A DNA stretch of 45,374 nucleotides, taken from IMG/VR virus record IMGVR_UViG_3300025112_000030, positions 1 through 45,374 of that record. One strand, 5' to 3'. Source of the DNA: a virus (taxonomy: Duplodnaviria > Caudoviricetes). The notes beneath the pieces were generated by a model. The model did not search any database. It was not told the DNA's origin and saw nothing but the letters and a program-made list of their open reading frames with translations. Of this stretch, positions 35,525-45,312 are shown in pieces. Made by a program: the position numbers and the translations under genes. Position 1 is the first letter of the stretch; every line of letters starts with the position of its first letter.

Positions 35525-38280
35525 TATGCTGCTCTTTTGTGAAGTACCCTATATTCAATACCTATATCATTGATATATACTTTTCTTGAATTAGTAGCAG
35601 TATCCATTTGTAAAAGTATTTTATTACAAGTTATAGGAGATGTTGGAGTAAGTTTTACTGTTGCCCAGTCTGAGGCTGTTGCTACTGTTCCGCTTAAAGC
35701 ATGGGACGTACCATCATCTTCTTTAAGTGTAAAATATCCAGTTAGAGCACTATCAGTCTTATAGGTAATATAGACTGCATAGACCTTTTTACTGGTAGAG
35801 GGATCTCCAAAGTCAGTTTGTTTTGTGCGAAATTCTGTTTGAACCTGTGCTATTGCTGATCTTCTTAATTGATAAAAATCTATAGTATCACCTTCGTCGT
35901 GAGCTATAATAGTATTGTTATCTTCCGTATCTACAGAATTAGTTATACCATCATTGGTAACTGGAACGAAACTTTCTATAAAAGTAAATGAATTATTTTT
36001 AAGGTCACACATATAAGTTGAACCATCGCCACCCATATCGCTGATTACAAAGACCATAGACTCTTGTTCGTCATAAATAATGCTTGTATCGTTTGTTATC
36101 TTTCTAGACCATGTTGAATCACTAATTAGTTTCTCTGACAGATTTCTTATTTGAGAACCATCATATAAAAACAAACCTTGTAAGTTAGCCCAGACAATAC
36201 CATACTGTGTACGCTTTACAGCTTCAGGATGCATAACTCCTTGGTACTTATAACTATTTTCAAGAAACCAGTTATAGTCATCTCCTGATATATTTATGAT
36301 ATCTAAACTATATTGCTTAAAAGCTAATAGACGATCAGCGAAAGAATCTATAGCTATATAATGATCTGCATCTCCCTTTGCCGCCTCTATATAATTATGA
36401 TATGGAAAAGTATCATATCTTCCCGGCATTGAGTACAGAATCCTATCTGGGAAATTAGTGGTGGTTGACTCTGATTTGCTTGGACCTTTAGTCTCGTCTT
36501 TTATAGTAACATTACATACAAATACTCTATCATTAGAAACGGTTGCATCTTTCCAATATTCACCTTGATCTCCAATAGCATTACTAAATATACTAGATGA
36601 ATAACCATTTATAACTTCATATGTAACAAGCCCAAGTTCTAAAACTTCAAAGTTTGCAGAAGCAGTAGCCGTAGGACAATTATAAGTAGAACTGTCAGCA
36701 TCAAACCAAGTTGTATAATCATCTGATAATTTAGTCCTCCCGCCTTTAGTAAGGTCTAAATCTAAAAGCATAATCCATTCAGAGTCGGTACCTTGTTCCC
36801 TGATATATATTCTTCCTCCACTAATTCTAGGATCATATGGACCTTTTGCAGATACGTTCAATGATAAAGCTTTTAAATCATTTGAAGTTGAATCATGTGT
36901 ATTTGCATATACTAACGGCAATGATTCTTGATTACCGTCATATATAAATGTAGATGCACATTCATAAACAGCACCGGGGATAGCCCCATCTACATCGGTA
37001 TGTGTTATAATATTAAACTCAAAGCCAGTGCCTGCACTAGCTGGATATGTAGTAAAATTTGCAGGACTCGCAGTTGATGCAGATGTTAAATCATTTTCAG
37101 TTGGAGGAGCTAAATCATTGTCTTTTGCATAATAAGCTGAATATGAGTTATCATCTGTAGTTGATCCAGCATCTGGGAAATGCCTTCTTTGAATATATCC
37201 ATACCACTGTATTTTAGAATCACCTAAATCTGCAGTATCGCAACAGCGTATAGCTTCTCCTGATTTATAATATTTTACTTTTGAGTCAATTCCTGTTTCA
37301 GAAGAACGAAGTGTTATACTATTTTTATTCCACTTAGTGAGGGTAGCAACAACTAAAACAGCAGTATTACTTGTACTACCGGGATCTGTAAATGTAATCT
37401 CTTCATCTACTACATAACCAGTACCTCCATCTACTATCGTAAATGTGGGATTTCCAGATCCATCAGTAGCTATGTTACACGATATACTAGAGCCACTACC
37501 ATCAGTACTGGTTTGAGCTGTAGAAGTATGGCTTTGGCTTGCCTGCCATGCAGAAGATGGAGTTGGTGTAGTATCATCTACTGTAGCAACACCGCCAAAA
37601 CCAGTATTAAAAGAGAACGAATCAATTGTATGCTCTTTGGGATTTGCCATTAGTATGATCTTATCACCAAATGCAAAGCCTTTAACAGTAGCAGCCCAGT
37701 ATACTTGTCCTGTTTCCAAAGAAATAGCAACTGATCTGTCCAATATTAGATTGTTGCCATTATGTGCTACAACCTTATATATGCCTTGCCCATTAGGATC
37801 TATTGAATTAGCTGGGAAAGCTGGAGCGGTTAATAATATTTGACTGCCTACTGCAAATGAAGTTGATAAATTTACTCCAGAACCATTTACAGTTAAATTT
37901 AGTTCAGTTTGACTGGTTAATACTTTAAATCCATCTTCAGAACCGCCAGACTGATCAGCTGTTGCTACTAATACCGTGACTGGATCTCTAACCCAGTCTA
38001 CTTCAAAGTACCCAAGCCCATAACCGGGCTGTACAGATTCTCCAGAAGTCGTAGATGTTATATAAGGATTACTATAAGTAGCTCTAGTTAATAAGTTCCC
38101 ACTTCCTGATGGTGCTGCTTCTGTTGTATCTGACATTAAATATGCAGGACCAATAGATCCATGTATGTTAAACATAAGATTCTGTACATGAGATAACTGG
38201 TTATCCCTAATGTCAGCAGCGTCTTGAAGCTCATTTAATCCACCACTGAAATCTTTTATCTGATGAATGCGTTTAGGCAC
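35524..38280 (-). CDS. Tail nozzle / tubular protein B-like structural protein
   Basis: N-terminal IKDFSGGLN; beta-propeller-like C-terminal half; podovirus gene order. Confidence 0.6.
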   Translation of the reverse strand: MPKRIHQIKDFSGGLNELQDAADIRDNQLSHVQNLMFNIHGSIGPAYLMSDTTEAAPSGSGNLLTRATYSNPYITSTTSGESVQPGYGLGYFEVDWVRDPVTVLVATADQSGGSEDGFKVLTSQTELNLTVNGSGVNLSTSFAVGSQILLTAPAFPANSIDPNGQGIYKVVAHNGNNLILDRSVAISLETGQVYWAATVKGFAFGDKIILMANPKEHTIDSFSFNTGFGGVATVDDTTPTPSSAWQASQSHTSTAQTSTDGSGSSISCNIATDGSGNPTFTIVDGGTGYVVDEEITFTDPGSTSNTAVLVVATLTKWNKNSITLRSSETGIDSKVKYYKSGEAIRCCDTADLGDSKIQWYGYIQRRHFPDAGSTTDDNSYSAYYAKDNDLAPPTENDLTSASTASPANFTTYPASAGTGFEFNIITHTDVDGAIPGAVYECASTFIYDGNQESLPLVYANTHDSTSNDLKALSLNVSAKGPYDPRISGGRIYIREQGTDSEWIMLLDLDLTKGGRTKLSDDYTTWFDADSSTYNCPTATASANFEVLELGLVTYEVINGYSSSIFSNAIGDQGEYWKDATVSNDRVFVCNVTIKDETKGPSKSESTTTNFPDRILYSMPGRYDTFPYHNYIEAAKGDADHYIAIDSFADRLLAFKQYSLDIINISGDDYNWFLENSYKYQGVMHPEAVKRTQYGIVWANLQGLFLYDGSQIRNLSEKLISDSTWSRKITNDTSIIYDEQESMVFVISDMGGDGSTYMCDLKNNSFTFIESFVPVTNDGITNSVDTEDNNTIIAHDEGDTIDFYQLRRSAIAQVQTEFRTKQTDFGDPSTSKKVYAVYITYKTDSALTGYFTLKEDDGTSHALSGTVATASDWATVKLTPTSPITCNKILLQMDTATNSRKVYINDIGIEYRVLHKRAA

Positions 38281-39034
38281 TTATGATCTTTCCTCCATAA
38301 GATGTAACTCCATCAACAATATCCAATACAACAATATTAAAATTGTTATTACTAAAGATATCAATGATACCAACATTATGACTCCAGTTAGTAGGTCTAC
38401 CCTTTAAATATGTTTTTTGCATATCCGTTAAGCATCCCATTGAATGTGCCATGTGTGCTCCGTCAATATGCTGGACGGTTGACTTCTGGCAGTCATGAGT
38501 GTGCCCATAGATGATGTTGCATCCCATCTGTAAGGCATGGGTTCGGGCATGATGTATTCCGCCATAGTGCCCTCCGTGATAGACATAGAGCTTACTCCCC
38601 AAGAGTTTAAATACTTTACCATAGTCATGCCACTCATACCCACGTTCACTTATCTTAAAAGCTCTCCTAGAGAGCAAGTGAGGCATATAGGGGTTCTCTT
38701 CCACGAAATTGTCAAACCAGATCTCGTGATTACCTTGAACCATGATCTTTTTAGTGCATTTAACTTTCTTAAGAACTTCATCTATTTTGTCTAAACCTTC
38801 ATTAACTGCATTTATCTCTTCCCATATAAGAGGGAGTTGATATTCGATAGGAGGACGTTTTCGTCTTCTCCATTGCCAGTGAGAAACAGAATCGCCTTCC
38901 ACAAAATCACCGAGACAAAGAAAGGCATTAGGCTTTACCACCTTTATAACATTTAAAGCACAAGCAAATGCCTTCTTGTCTTCTTTTGGAAAGTGAATGT
39001 CTGGAAAGACAATCACTCGATGTTTGATTTTCAA
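38273..39034 (-). CDS. Calcineurin-like metallophosphoesterase
   Basis: DIH, LGD, GNHE, HG and GHTH motifs. Confidence 0.85.
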   Translation of the reverse strand: MKIKHRVIVFPDIHFPKEDKKAFACALNVIKVVKPNAFLCLGDFVEGDSVSHWQWRRRKRPPIEYQLPLIWEEINAVNEGLDKIDEVLKKVKCTKKIMVQGNHEIWFDNFVEENPYMPHLLSRRAFKISERGYEWHDYGKVFKLLGSKLYVYHGGHYGGIHHARTHALQMGCNIIYGHTHDCQKSTVQHIDGAHMAHSMGCLTDMQKTYLKGRPTNWSHNVGIIDIFSNNNFNIVVLDIVDGVTSYGGKIISA

Positions 39035-39052
39035 ATGTGACTCCTACGTACA

Positions 39053-39433
39053 TTAATCTCTTAACTCCACATGAACTAAATCATCAAAATTGTTATCTTT
39101 AATTTCTCCATCACTATCCCAGTCTCCACCCCAGCGGATCTTTACTCCCATTTCATGACCTATACCACGTAGCATACCACCCATATAATGAAACCTTTCA
39201 CGATCATTCCAATCAATAGGATACGGAGCAACATCCACGGCTTTGCCTTCCATGTGCTTACTATATTTAACTTTTGTTGCTCCCTTTTCGAGTAGCTCCT
39301 GCTGCCTTTTTTCAGTGCGTAATCCTTCAATTATAGTTACATCCATAATCTTAATAAGCTCATTTAATACATTAATAAGCTTAGTATTAACGCCCTTTAA
39401 ACGCCTTCTGGATGTTTTGCCAAACTTGGGCAC
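39053..39433 (-). CDS. Endolysin, M15 family (L-Ala-D-Glu peptidase-like)
   Basis: EGLRT, SKH...AVD, RWGGDW, DLVHVEL; likely GTG start at 39433. Confidence 0.85.
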   Translation of the reverse strand: MPKFGKTSRRRLKGVNTKLINVLNELIKIMDVTIIEGLRTEKRQQELLEKGATKVKYSKHMEGKAVDVAPYPIDWNDRERFHYMGGMLRGIGHEMGVKIRWGGDWDSDGEIKDNNFDDLVHVELRD

Positions 39434-39666
39434 TAAAATTTCCAGACAAGTTTTACAGCTGCTAATAGTACATCCATGCACTCTTTTGCTATAGCTTGCT
39501 GTTCACTAGCGGTAATTTTACCATCCTTGGCAGCCTCATGATATTTTTTAGCTGCCTCTTTCATTTCTTTAAAAATAATGCGATATCTTGTAGCAGCCAT
39601 AGTGCCCCAAGCACCAAAGATGATTACTAATAAATACGCAGCATTAGACCAGTTTAACCATTCCAT
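39433..39666 (-). CDS. Holin-like small membrane protein
   Basis: N-terminal TM segment; adjacent to the endolysin. Confidence 0.5.
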   Translation of the reverse strand: MEWLNWSNAAYLLVIIFGAWGTMAATRYRIIFKEMKEAAKKYHEAAKDGKITASEQQAIAKECMDVLLAAVKLVWKF

Positions 39667-39902
39667 TATACTAACCTCATTATTATTGATACGATTACAG
39701 GCATCACAAGTATACCAATTGAACCAACTGTACTTATCTTGGTTAAGTTGGTCTTGTTCTCTTCTACCTGTCCATTAAGCTTTTCAATATGTTTCTCTAC
39801 TCTTTGGATACTTTTAAAAATACTGATCTGACGCTCTCCCAGTTTAACTAAACTAGCAGTGGTTTCTGCTCTGTAATCTGCTACTGACTTAGTGCCTGCC
39901 AT
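39666..39902 (-). CDS. Coiled-coil plus C-terminal TM protein (lysis cassette)
   Basis: Heptads followed by IGILVMPVIVSII. Confidence 0.55.
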   Translation of the reverse strand: MAGTKSVADYRAETTASLVKLGERQISIFKSIQRVEKHIEKLNGQVEENKTNLTKISTVGSIGILVMPVIVSIIMRLV

Positions 39903-40206
39903 TGATCCTGCTCACATTTCCCTTAACTTCCATCATAACATCTGATAGATCATTAATTTCTTTAACCATATCTTCATGCCGTCTGTCTCTTATTTCATCT
40001 GATTTATTCCAACGGTCTATCAGTTTAATTATCATGCTTTCCATATTTTCCAGTGTTTCGCTTTGTCCTTTATTTTCAATACGCAAATCTTCAAGTGATT
40101 CTTGTTGTTTCGCACTCTTCTGGCTTAAAGAAATAACGAGATAGACAAACATCGCCCCCACAACGCCTATCATTCCAGCCTCGCTGTATACTGCTAAAAA
40201 ATCCAC
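39889..40206 (-). CDS. Holin-like protein (N-terminal TM plus coiled coil, BhlA-like layout)
   Basis: AGMIGVVGAMFVYLVISL. Confidence 0.55.
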   Translation of the reverse strand: MDFLAVYSEAGMIGVVGAMFVYLVISLSQKSAKQQESLEDLRIENKGQSETLENMESMIIKLIDRWNKSDEIRDRRHEDMVKEINDLSDVMMEVKGNVSRINGRH

Positions 40207-40285
40207 TATTAGTTGCCCGGAAGTTTGCCATGTATGCTTACATAATGATTTATCTTAGCTAATATCTCGCTCCAAGATATGGCTC

Positions 40286-40621
40286 TCACTTCTTTTTTTT
40301 CTTTCGCCAACTTAGCGGGTTTAGGTTTAGCTCCTTTTGATACCATTGCAATTCTTCTTCCATCTTTTTGTATCTTTGTTGTTCATCTATTATATGTCTA
40401 TCAACCAGTTCACCGATCTGGGCAGTCGAAGTAGCCATCCCCTCTTCAAGGGCTTCAATTCTTGCGATAATATTCCAGAAACCGTAAACCAGCATCCCAC
40501 ACAAAACCAGAATCTGTCCCAGCCATTTAATGTTGAAAGAGAAAACCATGTTATCATCCACGAGAGTTCCCCGATAGCTTCTGGCTGTAGGTGGTTTATC
40601 ATTTATACTGTTGTCAGCCAT
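40286..40621 (-). CDS. TM plus coiled-coil protein (lysis cassette)
   Basis: WLGQILVLCGMLVYGFWNII followed by a coiled coil. Confidence 0.55.
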   Translation of the reverse strand: MADNSINDKPPTARSYRGTLVDDNMVFSFNIKWLGQILVLCGMLVYGFWNIIARIEALEEGMATSTAQIGELVDRHIIDEQQRYKKMEEELQWYQKELNLNPLSWRKKKKK

Positions 40622-40695
40622 GACATTAAATAAAATGATCCAAGTATAAAAACAAACACCCCTAACCAGAAATGATATTCTTTACTATCATTCAT
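40603..40695 (-). CDS. 30-aa membrane peptide, not in the ORF track
   Basis: MNDSKEYHFWLGVFVFILGSFYLMSWLTTV; ATGA coupling and GGGAG SD. Confidence 0.45.
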   Translation of the reverse strand: MNDSKEYHFWLGVFVFILGSFYLMSWLTTV

Positions 40696-40817
40696 TTTAT
40701 CTCCCAGCCAGCTATTGACCAGCCTGAGTCACATCCAGTAAGGACTACAGTTATAATTAAAATACCAAGCAGTACAAGTATAAACCCTGCAAATACTTTA
40801 AACTCATTCGGTTTCAA
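40692..40817 (-). CDS. 41-aa predicted micro-lipoprotein, not in the ORF track
   Basis: TTG start after AAGGAG; hydrophobic stretch, then lipobox LTG-C. Confidence 0.55.
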   Translation of the reverse strand: MKPNEFKVFAGFILVLLGILIITVVLTGCDSGWSIAGWEIK

Positions 40818-41034
40818 CTTCTTCAGGCTCCTTATTTAAGTCTACCTGAAGAGCATCTAAGAATGCCTGTCTACCAAATCGCAGTTGTGTTAAGTTGAAC
40901 TCTGATGCTCCAACTTTTCTATCTAAGTCTGCTATATGGTTAATCATTGTTTTCTGCTCATCAGTTAGTTCTGACTCTTTATAGTCTTTTCCGAACAGAT
41001 TGATTGGTGTTTCTTTTTCTTTTTTCGCCATCAC
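40804..41034 (-). CDS. Small coiled-coil protein (tail-fibre associated?)
   Basis: AAGGAG SD. Confidence 0.65.
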   Translation of the reverse strand: MMAKKEKETPINLFGKDYKESELTDEQKTMINHIADLDRKVGASEFNLTQLRFGRQAFLDALQVDLNKEPEEVETE

Positions 41035-41056
41035 AATCTCCTTTGTGGTTTGTTAT

Positions 41057-41527
41057 TTAAACTTTTTTGAAATCAGCAATCACCTTTGCGAGTTCATCGC
41101 TCTGTGCTTTAGCCCTTGCTATCTCATTATCATAACGCTCTTTTTCACGCTCTAATTCAGATAGGCTATACTCACGGCTACTGTCTGGCAATGCTTCGCC
41201 AGTTGCACCATTCCATTGCTTTGAAACCATAGCAACGTACTCACGCTCTTCTTTAGCATGTCCCGATACTCCCGGTACTGCATCTTTCTTATATGCTGGA
41301 ATCTTACCAAGCAAATCAGACTTACTGTCACCAGCAGAGTAGTCAATAGAGTTAGTGTCCATGAAAGACTTAATCTCTGCAACTGTATTATCATCAGTAG
41401 GTTTGCCTTCCCACTCAACCGCATCAACTGCCTTTACTTCAGCAACTGCTTCTCTGGTAGTCTGTTTCTGCTTTGCAAAAGAGACAGAGCCAGCAGATTT
41501 TAGTGTACTATAATTTGACCAATTCAT
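41057..41527 (-). CDS. Hypothetical protein with a small HeH/LEM-like insert
   Basis: AAGGAG SD; TVAEIKSFMDTNSIDYSAGDSKSDLL. Confidence 0.6.
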   Translation of the reverse strand: MNWSNYSTLKSAGSVSFAKQKQTTREAVAEVKAVDAVEWEGKPTDDNTVAEIKSFMDTNSIDYSAGDSKSDLLGKIPAYKKDAVPGVSGHAKEEREYVAMVSKQWNGATGEALPDSSREYSLSELEREKERYDNEIARAKAQSDELAKVIADFKKV

Positions 41528-41589
41528 TTGGTTCTCCTTTGTTTATTTTACAAAATACATTTCAACTGTATCTGAAACGTCTTTCATTA

Positions 41590-44500
41590 TTATGCCCACG
41601 GGGTGAATTGCTGTAAACCATACTGAACCGCTACTAATTTTGATTCACTACCACTAAAAGACACATCTTCTTGAGCAATACCTATGCACATTGCCATTTT
41701 ATCTGCCTTCATTCCTTCACCTTCTGCTGAAGAAGTGCAGATTCCATCGCCTACTGCAATATCGCCTTTTTCACCATTGCAAAGAATATGACCATCACCA
41801 AGCACATAGACTTGATGTAGGTTTTCATTTTCAGCATCTCTGGCTTTCACCGCTTTAATTTTTACATCTCCAATTTCCGCATCTGGAGGTAGTTCATCAC
41901 CTTCAGCCCATAAAACTTCTTCAACGGCTTCTTTCGCCGGGAATAGCAGATGTTTAGCGGCGTAAGCACCCAATACAGATTTAGAATATGCAGAAGATGA
42001 TTTCTGTACTTTGTATAAAATGCCACGCTCTGTATCTGCTCCATCTTTTTGTTTATAAAAGATTTCTGTATGCTCTACCAGTGTCCCGTAAGGATAACCA
42101 TCATCATTGTCTGCATCGGGCAATTCTACATCGTGATTAGCAGTAAAAGTCCCCCAAGTAACTGTTCCGCTTGTAAAAGTAACATAAGCCTGATTGGTGC
42201 CATCACCATCATTGATGGACATTACATAATTAGTCCCAGAACCATCGTCAGCCCCGGTTTCCATACTAATTCCATGCCGTGCAGCAGTACCTCCATCGTG
42301 GTTTATGTTAAAAATATAGTCACCAGCAGAACTATTTCCAGTAAAGTAAAACATCCCTTTAGAATCAATTCTAAGGCGTTCTGTTAAAGCATTTTCCCCG
42401 TCTAACGTTGTATGAAACTCAATACGACCCGGCATATCAGAGGTGTCTCCACCAGTTGCGGGTTCTCCATCGACATCGAATACAATAGCCGCCGCTGATT
42501 CATAATTACTGCCATCATGTCCATAAGCTACTATCGAACCTATCAGTTCATCATCGGCAACTACAGTAGGGCTTGCAATGGTTCCCCCAGCCTTACGAAA
42601 AAATAATCTACTGGATGTAGTATCAGTATCATTGGCAGCACCTATATACAGGTCTGAACCACTGTTACCTTGAAGGTAATAGCTCGCAACATCATCATTA
42701 CCAAGTGTGACTGAGTTGTCTGCTTGTCCTGTTGCACTTTTACCTATTACTATTTGGTTTAAGCCGTTGGCATCGTCAGCTTGAGCATCATATCCGATAA
42801 GCACATTATAACTACCCTGACCTGCACCACCTGCACCTGTTAAATTGTTACCAGCGGATATACCGATTGCGACATTTCCTAAAGCCGCAGTTAAAGCACC
42901 GCTAAGAGTACCTGCTCCAAGAGTACAATTATAATTTGAAGCTCCAGCTCCCCATGTTCCACCTCCTGCATTTTGACCTATAAAAGTATTACTAAGAGAA
43001 CCTAACGAATTACTATCTGCATCAGTATCATCCATAGTCTGATACCCCAAACAAGTATTATTTGTACCAGTAGTATGAACTAACATGGCTTGATATCCAA
43101 CAGCCGTATTCCCAGCACCACTTGTGAGGGCGGCAAGGGCATCTTTTCCGATTGCAACAGTTCCATCCTGAGTAGCCTCTCCAAACATTGCACCATATCC
43201 AATGGCTACACAGGCATCAGCACCATTAACAGCCGCACCTAATGCGTTTTGTCCTATTGCTACATTTTGTTCTTCTGTATCAAATCCATCACCAGCCCCA
43301 TATCCGAGCAAAACATTAGATGACCCAGTAGTAATGGCTATTCCCGCCAATGAACCGATTGCCACATTATTATCTCCAGTAGTAATTCCACCCAATGCAT
43401 TATGACCTAACGCAGTATTATAATTAGCACCAGCCAAAGCGGAATCCATTGTATAGTTTCCAATACAAACATTGTATTGATTTGTAGCAGTAGCCCCAGC
43501 AGACCAATCTCCTCCACCGGAATTATACCCAATAAAGACATTATCACCAGATGTGTCACAAGTGCCACCACCACTTAAACCCATTGCCCCATATCCAACT
43601 GCCAGATTTCTTGCGCCAGTAACATTCTGTTGTAATGCAGTATATCCCACCGCCACATTCCCAGCACCACTTGTGAGGGCGGCGAGCGCAGAACGACCGA
43701 TAGCAACCGTTCCGTCTGCGGTTGATTCCATAACTGCATAGCCAGCATATCCCCCAATACAAACAGTATCATCCACATCAGTTGCTTGTCCACCACACCA
43801 CTGACCCATAAAAACATTATGACCGCCAGTTAAATTATTATAACCCGCAGCAAAACCAACTCCAACATTAGCATCACCTTGTGTAGCTTTACCTAATGCA
43901 TTAGAACCAATTGCTACACTATCAGAAACCGCATTCATAACGGCGGCTAAAGTATTATTACCAACTGCTGTATTACTGTTTGATGCCGCATCAGCCCACG
44001 CTCCACCACCTGAATTTTTACCAATAAAAATATTATCTGTTGAACCTGCAGATGTTGATTGAGTACCGCCAGCTTGTGTTCCGTCCATTGCTCCATAACC
44101 AATAGCCATATTGGAACCACCAGTAGTATGTTGTACCATAGCATTGTATCCGACAGCTAAATTATATTGACCAGTTGTGACGGCTGCAAGAGCAGAAGTT
44201 CCGATTGCAACACTGCCAGAGACTTCATCCTCAGCCGCACCAGCAATGGCACCACTGCCAATAGCAACAACGTCGTTTACTACTTGTGTAGTAATAGCTC
44301 CACTCATAGCGTTGTATCCGATTGCTACGCAATCATCTGTTTCAGTAGTACCTTGAAATAATGCATGATAACCTACTGCTACATTGTGTTCGCCTGTTGA
44401 AATGTCTGCTCCTGCTCCTTCACCAAATAATGAATTTCCAGTACCTGCGGCTAAATCTACACCGCAATCTTTTCCAAATGCGGTATGTGATGTACCTGTA

Positions 44501-44670
44501 CCGCTACCTATTGCATATACTTCAGTAGCTGATACAAATAAAGGTATAGTATTACCAGCACCATCTGAGCATTGGTCAGCAGAACCTTCTGCACCTCTTG
44601 CTCCGCTATCGGATGTTTTTAATAAACCAGTATAAGTACTGGCAATCGTTGAACCTGTTAAACTTGCCAT
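41590..44670 (-). CDS. Long tail fibre / adhesin with YadA-head-like (NxAxGxxA) repeats and a probable C-terminal chaperone domain
   Basis: Dozens of NVA(I/V)GxxA repeats; C-terminal TFTANH...GDGICTS...GMKA. Confidence 0.75.
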   Translation of the reverse strand: MASLTGSTIASTYTGLLKTSDSGARGAEGSADQCSDGAGNTIPLFVSATEVYAIGSGTGTSHTAFGKDCGVDLAAGTGNSLFGEGAGADISTGEHNVAVGYHALFQGTTETDDCVAIGYNAMSGAITTQVVNDVVAIGSGAIAGAAEDEVSGSVAIGTSALAAVTTGQYNLAVGYNAMVQHTTGGSNMAIGYGAMDGTQAGGTQSTSAGSTDNIFIGKNSGGGAWADAASNSNTAVGNNTLAAVMNAVSDSVAIGSNALGKATQGDANVGVGFAAGYNNLTGGHNVFMGQWCGGQATDVDDTVCIGGYAGYAVMESTADGTVAIGRSALAALTSGAGNVAVGYTALQQNVTGARNLAVGYGAMGLSGGGTCDTSGDNVFIGYNSGGGDWSAGATATNQYNVCIGNYTMDSALAGANYNTALGHNALGGITTGDNNVAIGSLAGIAITTGSSNVLLGYGAGDGFDTEEQNVAIGQNALGAAVNGADACVAIGYGAMFGEATQDGTVAIGKDALAALTSGAGNTAVGYQAMLVHTTGTNNTCLGYQTMDDTDADSNSLGSLSNTFIGQNAGGGTWGAGASNYNCTLGAGTLSGALTAALGNVAIGISAGNNLTGAGGAGQGSYNVLIGYDAQADDANGLNQIVIGKSATGQADNSVTLGNDDVASYYLQGNSGSDLYIGAANDTDTTSSRLFFRKAGGTIASPTVVADDELIGSIVAYGHDGSNYESAAAIVFDVDGEPATGGDTSDMPGRIEFHTTLDGENALTERLRIDSKGMFYFTGNSSAGDYIFNINHDGGTAARHGISMETGADDGSGTNYVMSINDGDGTNQAYVTFTSGTVTWGTFTANHDVELPDADNDDGYPYGTLVEHTEIFYKQKDGADTERGILYKVQKSSSAYSKSVLGAYAAKHLLFPAKEAVEEVLWAEGDELPPDAEIGDVKIKAVKARDAENENLHQVYVLGDGHILCNGEKGDIAVGDGICTSSAEGEGMKADKMAMCIGIAQEDVSFSGSESKLVAVQYGLQQFTPWA
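43108..43683. repeat. 27-bp exact direct repeat within the tail fibre gene (43108-43134 and 43657-43683)
   Basis: ATTCCCAGCACCACTTGTGAGGGCGGC occurs twice and encodes AALTSGAGN. Confidence 0.85.
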
Positions 44671-44703
44671 AATTTTACTCCGTTAAGTTTCCTTGTGTTT
44701 ATT

Positions 44704-44745
44704 CTTATAACTTGCCGCCCGAAACTTTTCTGACATGGTTATAAG
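44704..44745 (-). promoter_or_regulatory. Leader hairpin with a CAU/GGCAA internal loop upstream of the tail fibre
   Basis: CTTATAAC-CAT-GTC...GGC-GGCAA-GTTATAAG. Confidence 0.5.
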
Positions 44746-44753
44746 CAAATTCT

Positions 44754-44879
44754 TTATGTTATGTCTTCCCATTTACGATGCTCGTTTTCCCATAAGTCAC
44801 CAACCAGTTCCCAGAGATCTCTGGCAATAGCTGCTGATCTGGTAACGAAACTTCGTAAGCCTAATTTTAATGTTAGCAT
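44754..44879 (-). CDS. 41-aa Trp-periodic small protein, not in the ORF track
   Basis: MLTLKLGLRSFVTRSAAIARDLWELVGDLWENEHRKWEDIT; TAATG coupling. Confidence 0.55.
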   Translation of the reverse strand: MLTLKLGLRSFVTRSAAIARDLWELVGDLWENEHRKWEDIT

Positions 44880-45253
44880 TATCCAATGTAGGCTACTAGC
44901 ATCCCAGATGTAATATCAATCTCAGTCCACCTGCCAAAGATCGTAGCACCCTGTGGGAATGTATTGCTACCGTCTACAATTGCTCCTAGTTCTCCCTCAG
45001 TTGCAGTTGCATTTCCATCAGTTTTACTATGAGCCGCGGCTGCAGTGTTTATATACTGACTTGAATCTTCAGCTAATAAACCACTAGTAGCATCAAATAT
45101 AGTATCCTCTAAAAATGTTATTGCTACAAATACAGTATTTAATGGGGGTAGTACAGCACTAGTTGTACTTGCATCCATAAATACTGATCCTATTTGACCG
45201 AATCCTAGATTCCCTGCCTCTACTACTGAGTATTTTTGTTTTCCACCAGCCAT
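44879..45253 (-). CDS. Putative tail/virion structural protein
   Basis: AAGGAG SD; beta-rich, ends FPQGATIFGRWTEIDITSG-LVAY. Confidence 0.65.
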   Translation of the reverse strand: MAGGKQKYSVVEAGNLGFGQIGSVFMDASTTSAVLPPLNTVFVAITFLEDTIFDATSGLLAEDSSQYINTAAAAHSKTDGNATATEGELGAIVDGSNTFPQGATIFGRWTEIDITSGMLVAYIG

Positions 45254-45272
45254 CTTTTTTCTCCTTTATTAC

Positions 45273-45308
45273 GATACCTTACCGAGCTTGACTATTCTCA
45301 TGGGTATC
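45273..45308 (-). promoter_or_regulatory. Leader hairpin with a CAU/GGUAA internal loop
   Basis: GATACC-CAT-GAG...CTC-GGTAA-GGTATC. Confidence 0.5.
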
Positions 45309-45312
45309 TTGG

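Noticed and set aside
43108-43683. Diversity-generating retroelement TR/VR pair
   Set aside because: The repeat is short and exact with no adenine-specific mismatches; no reverse transcriptase in the window.
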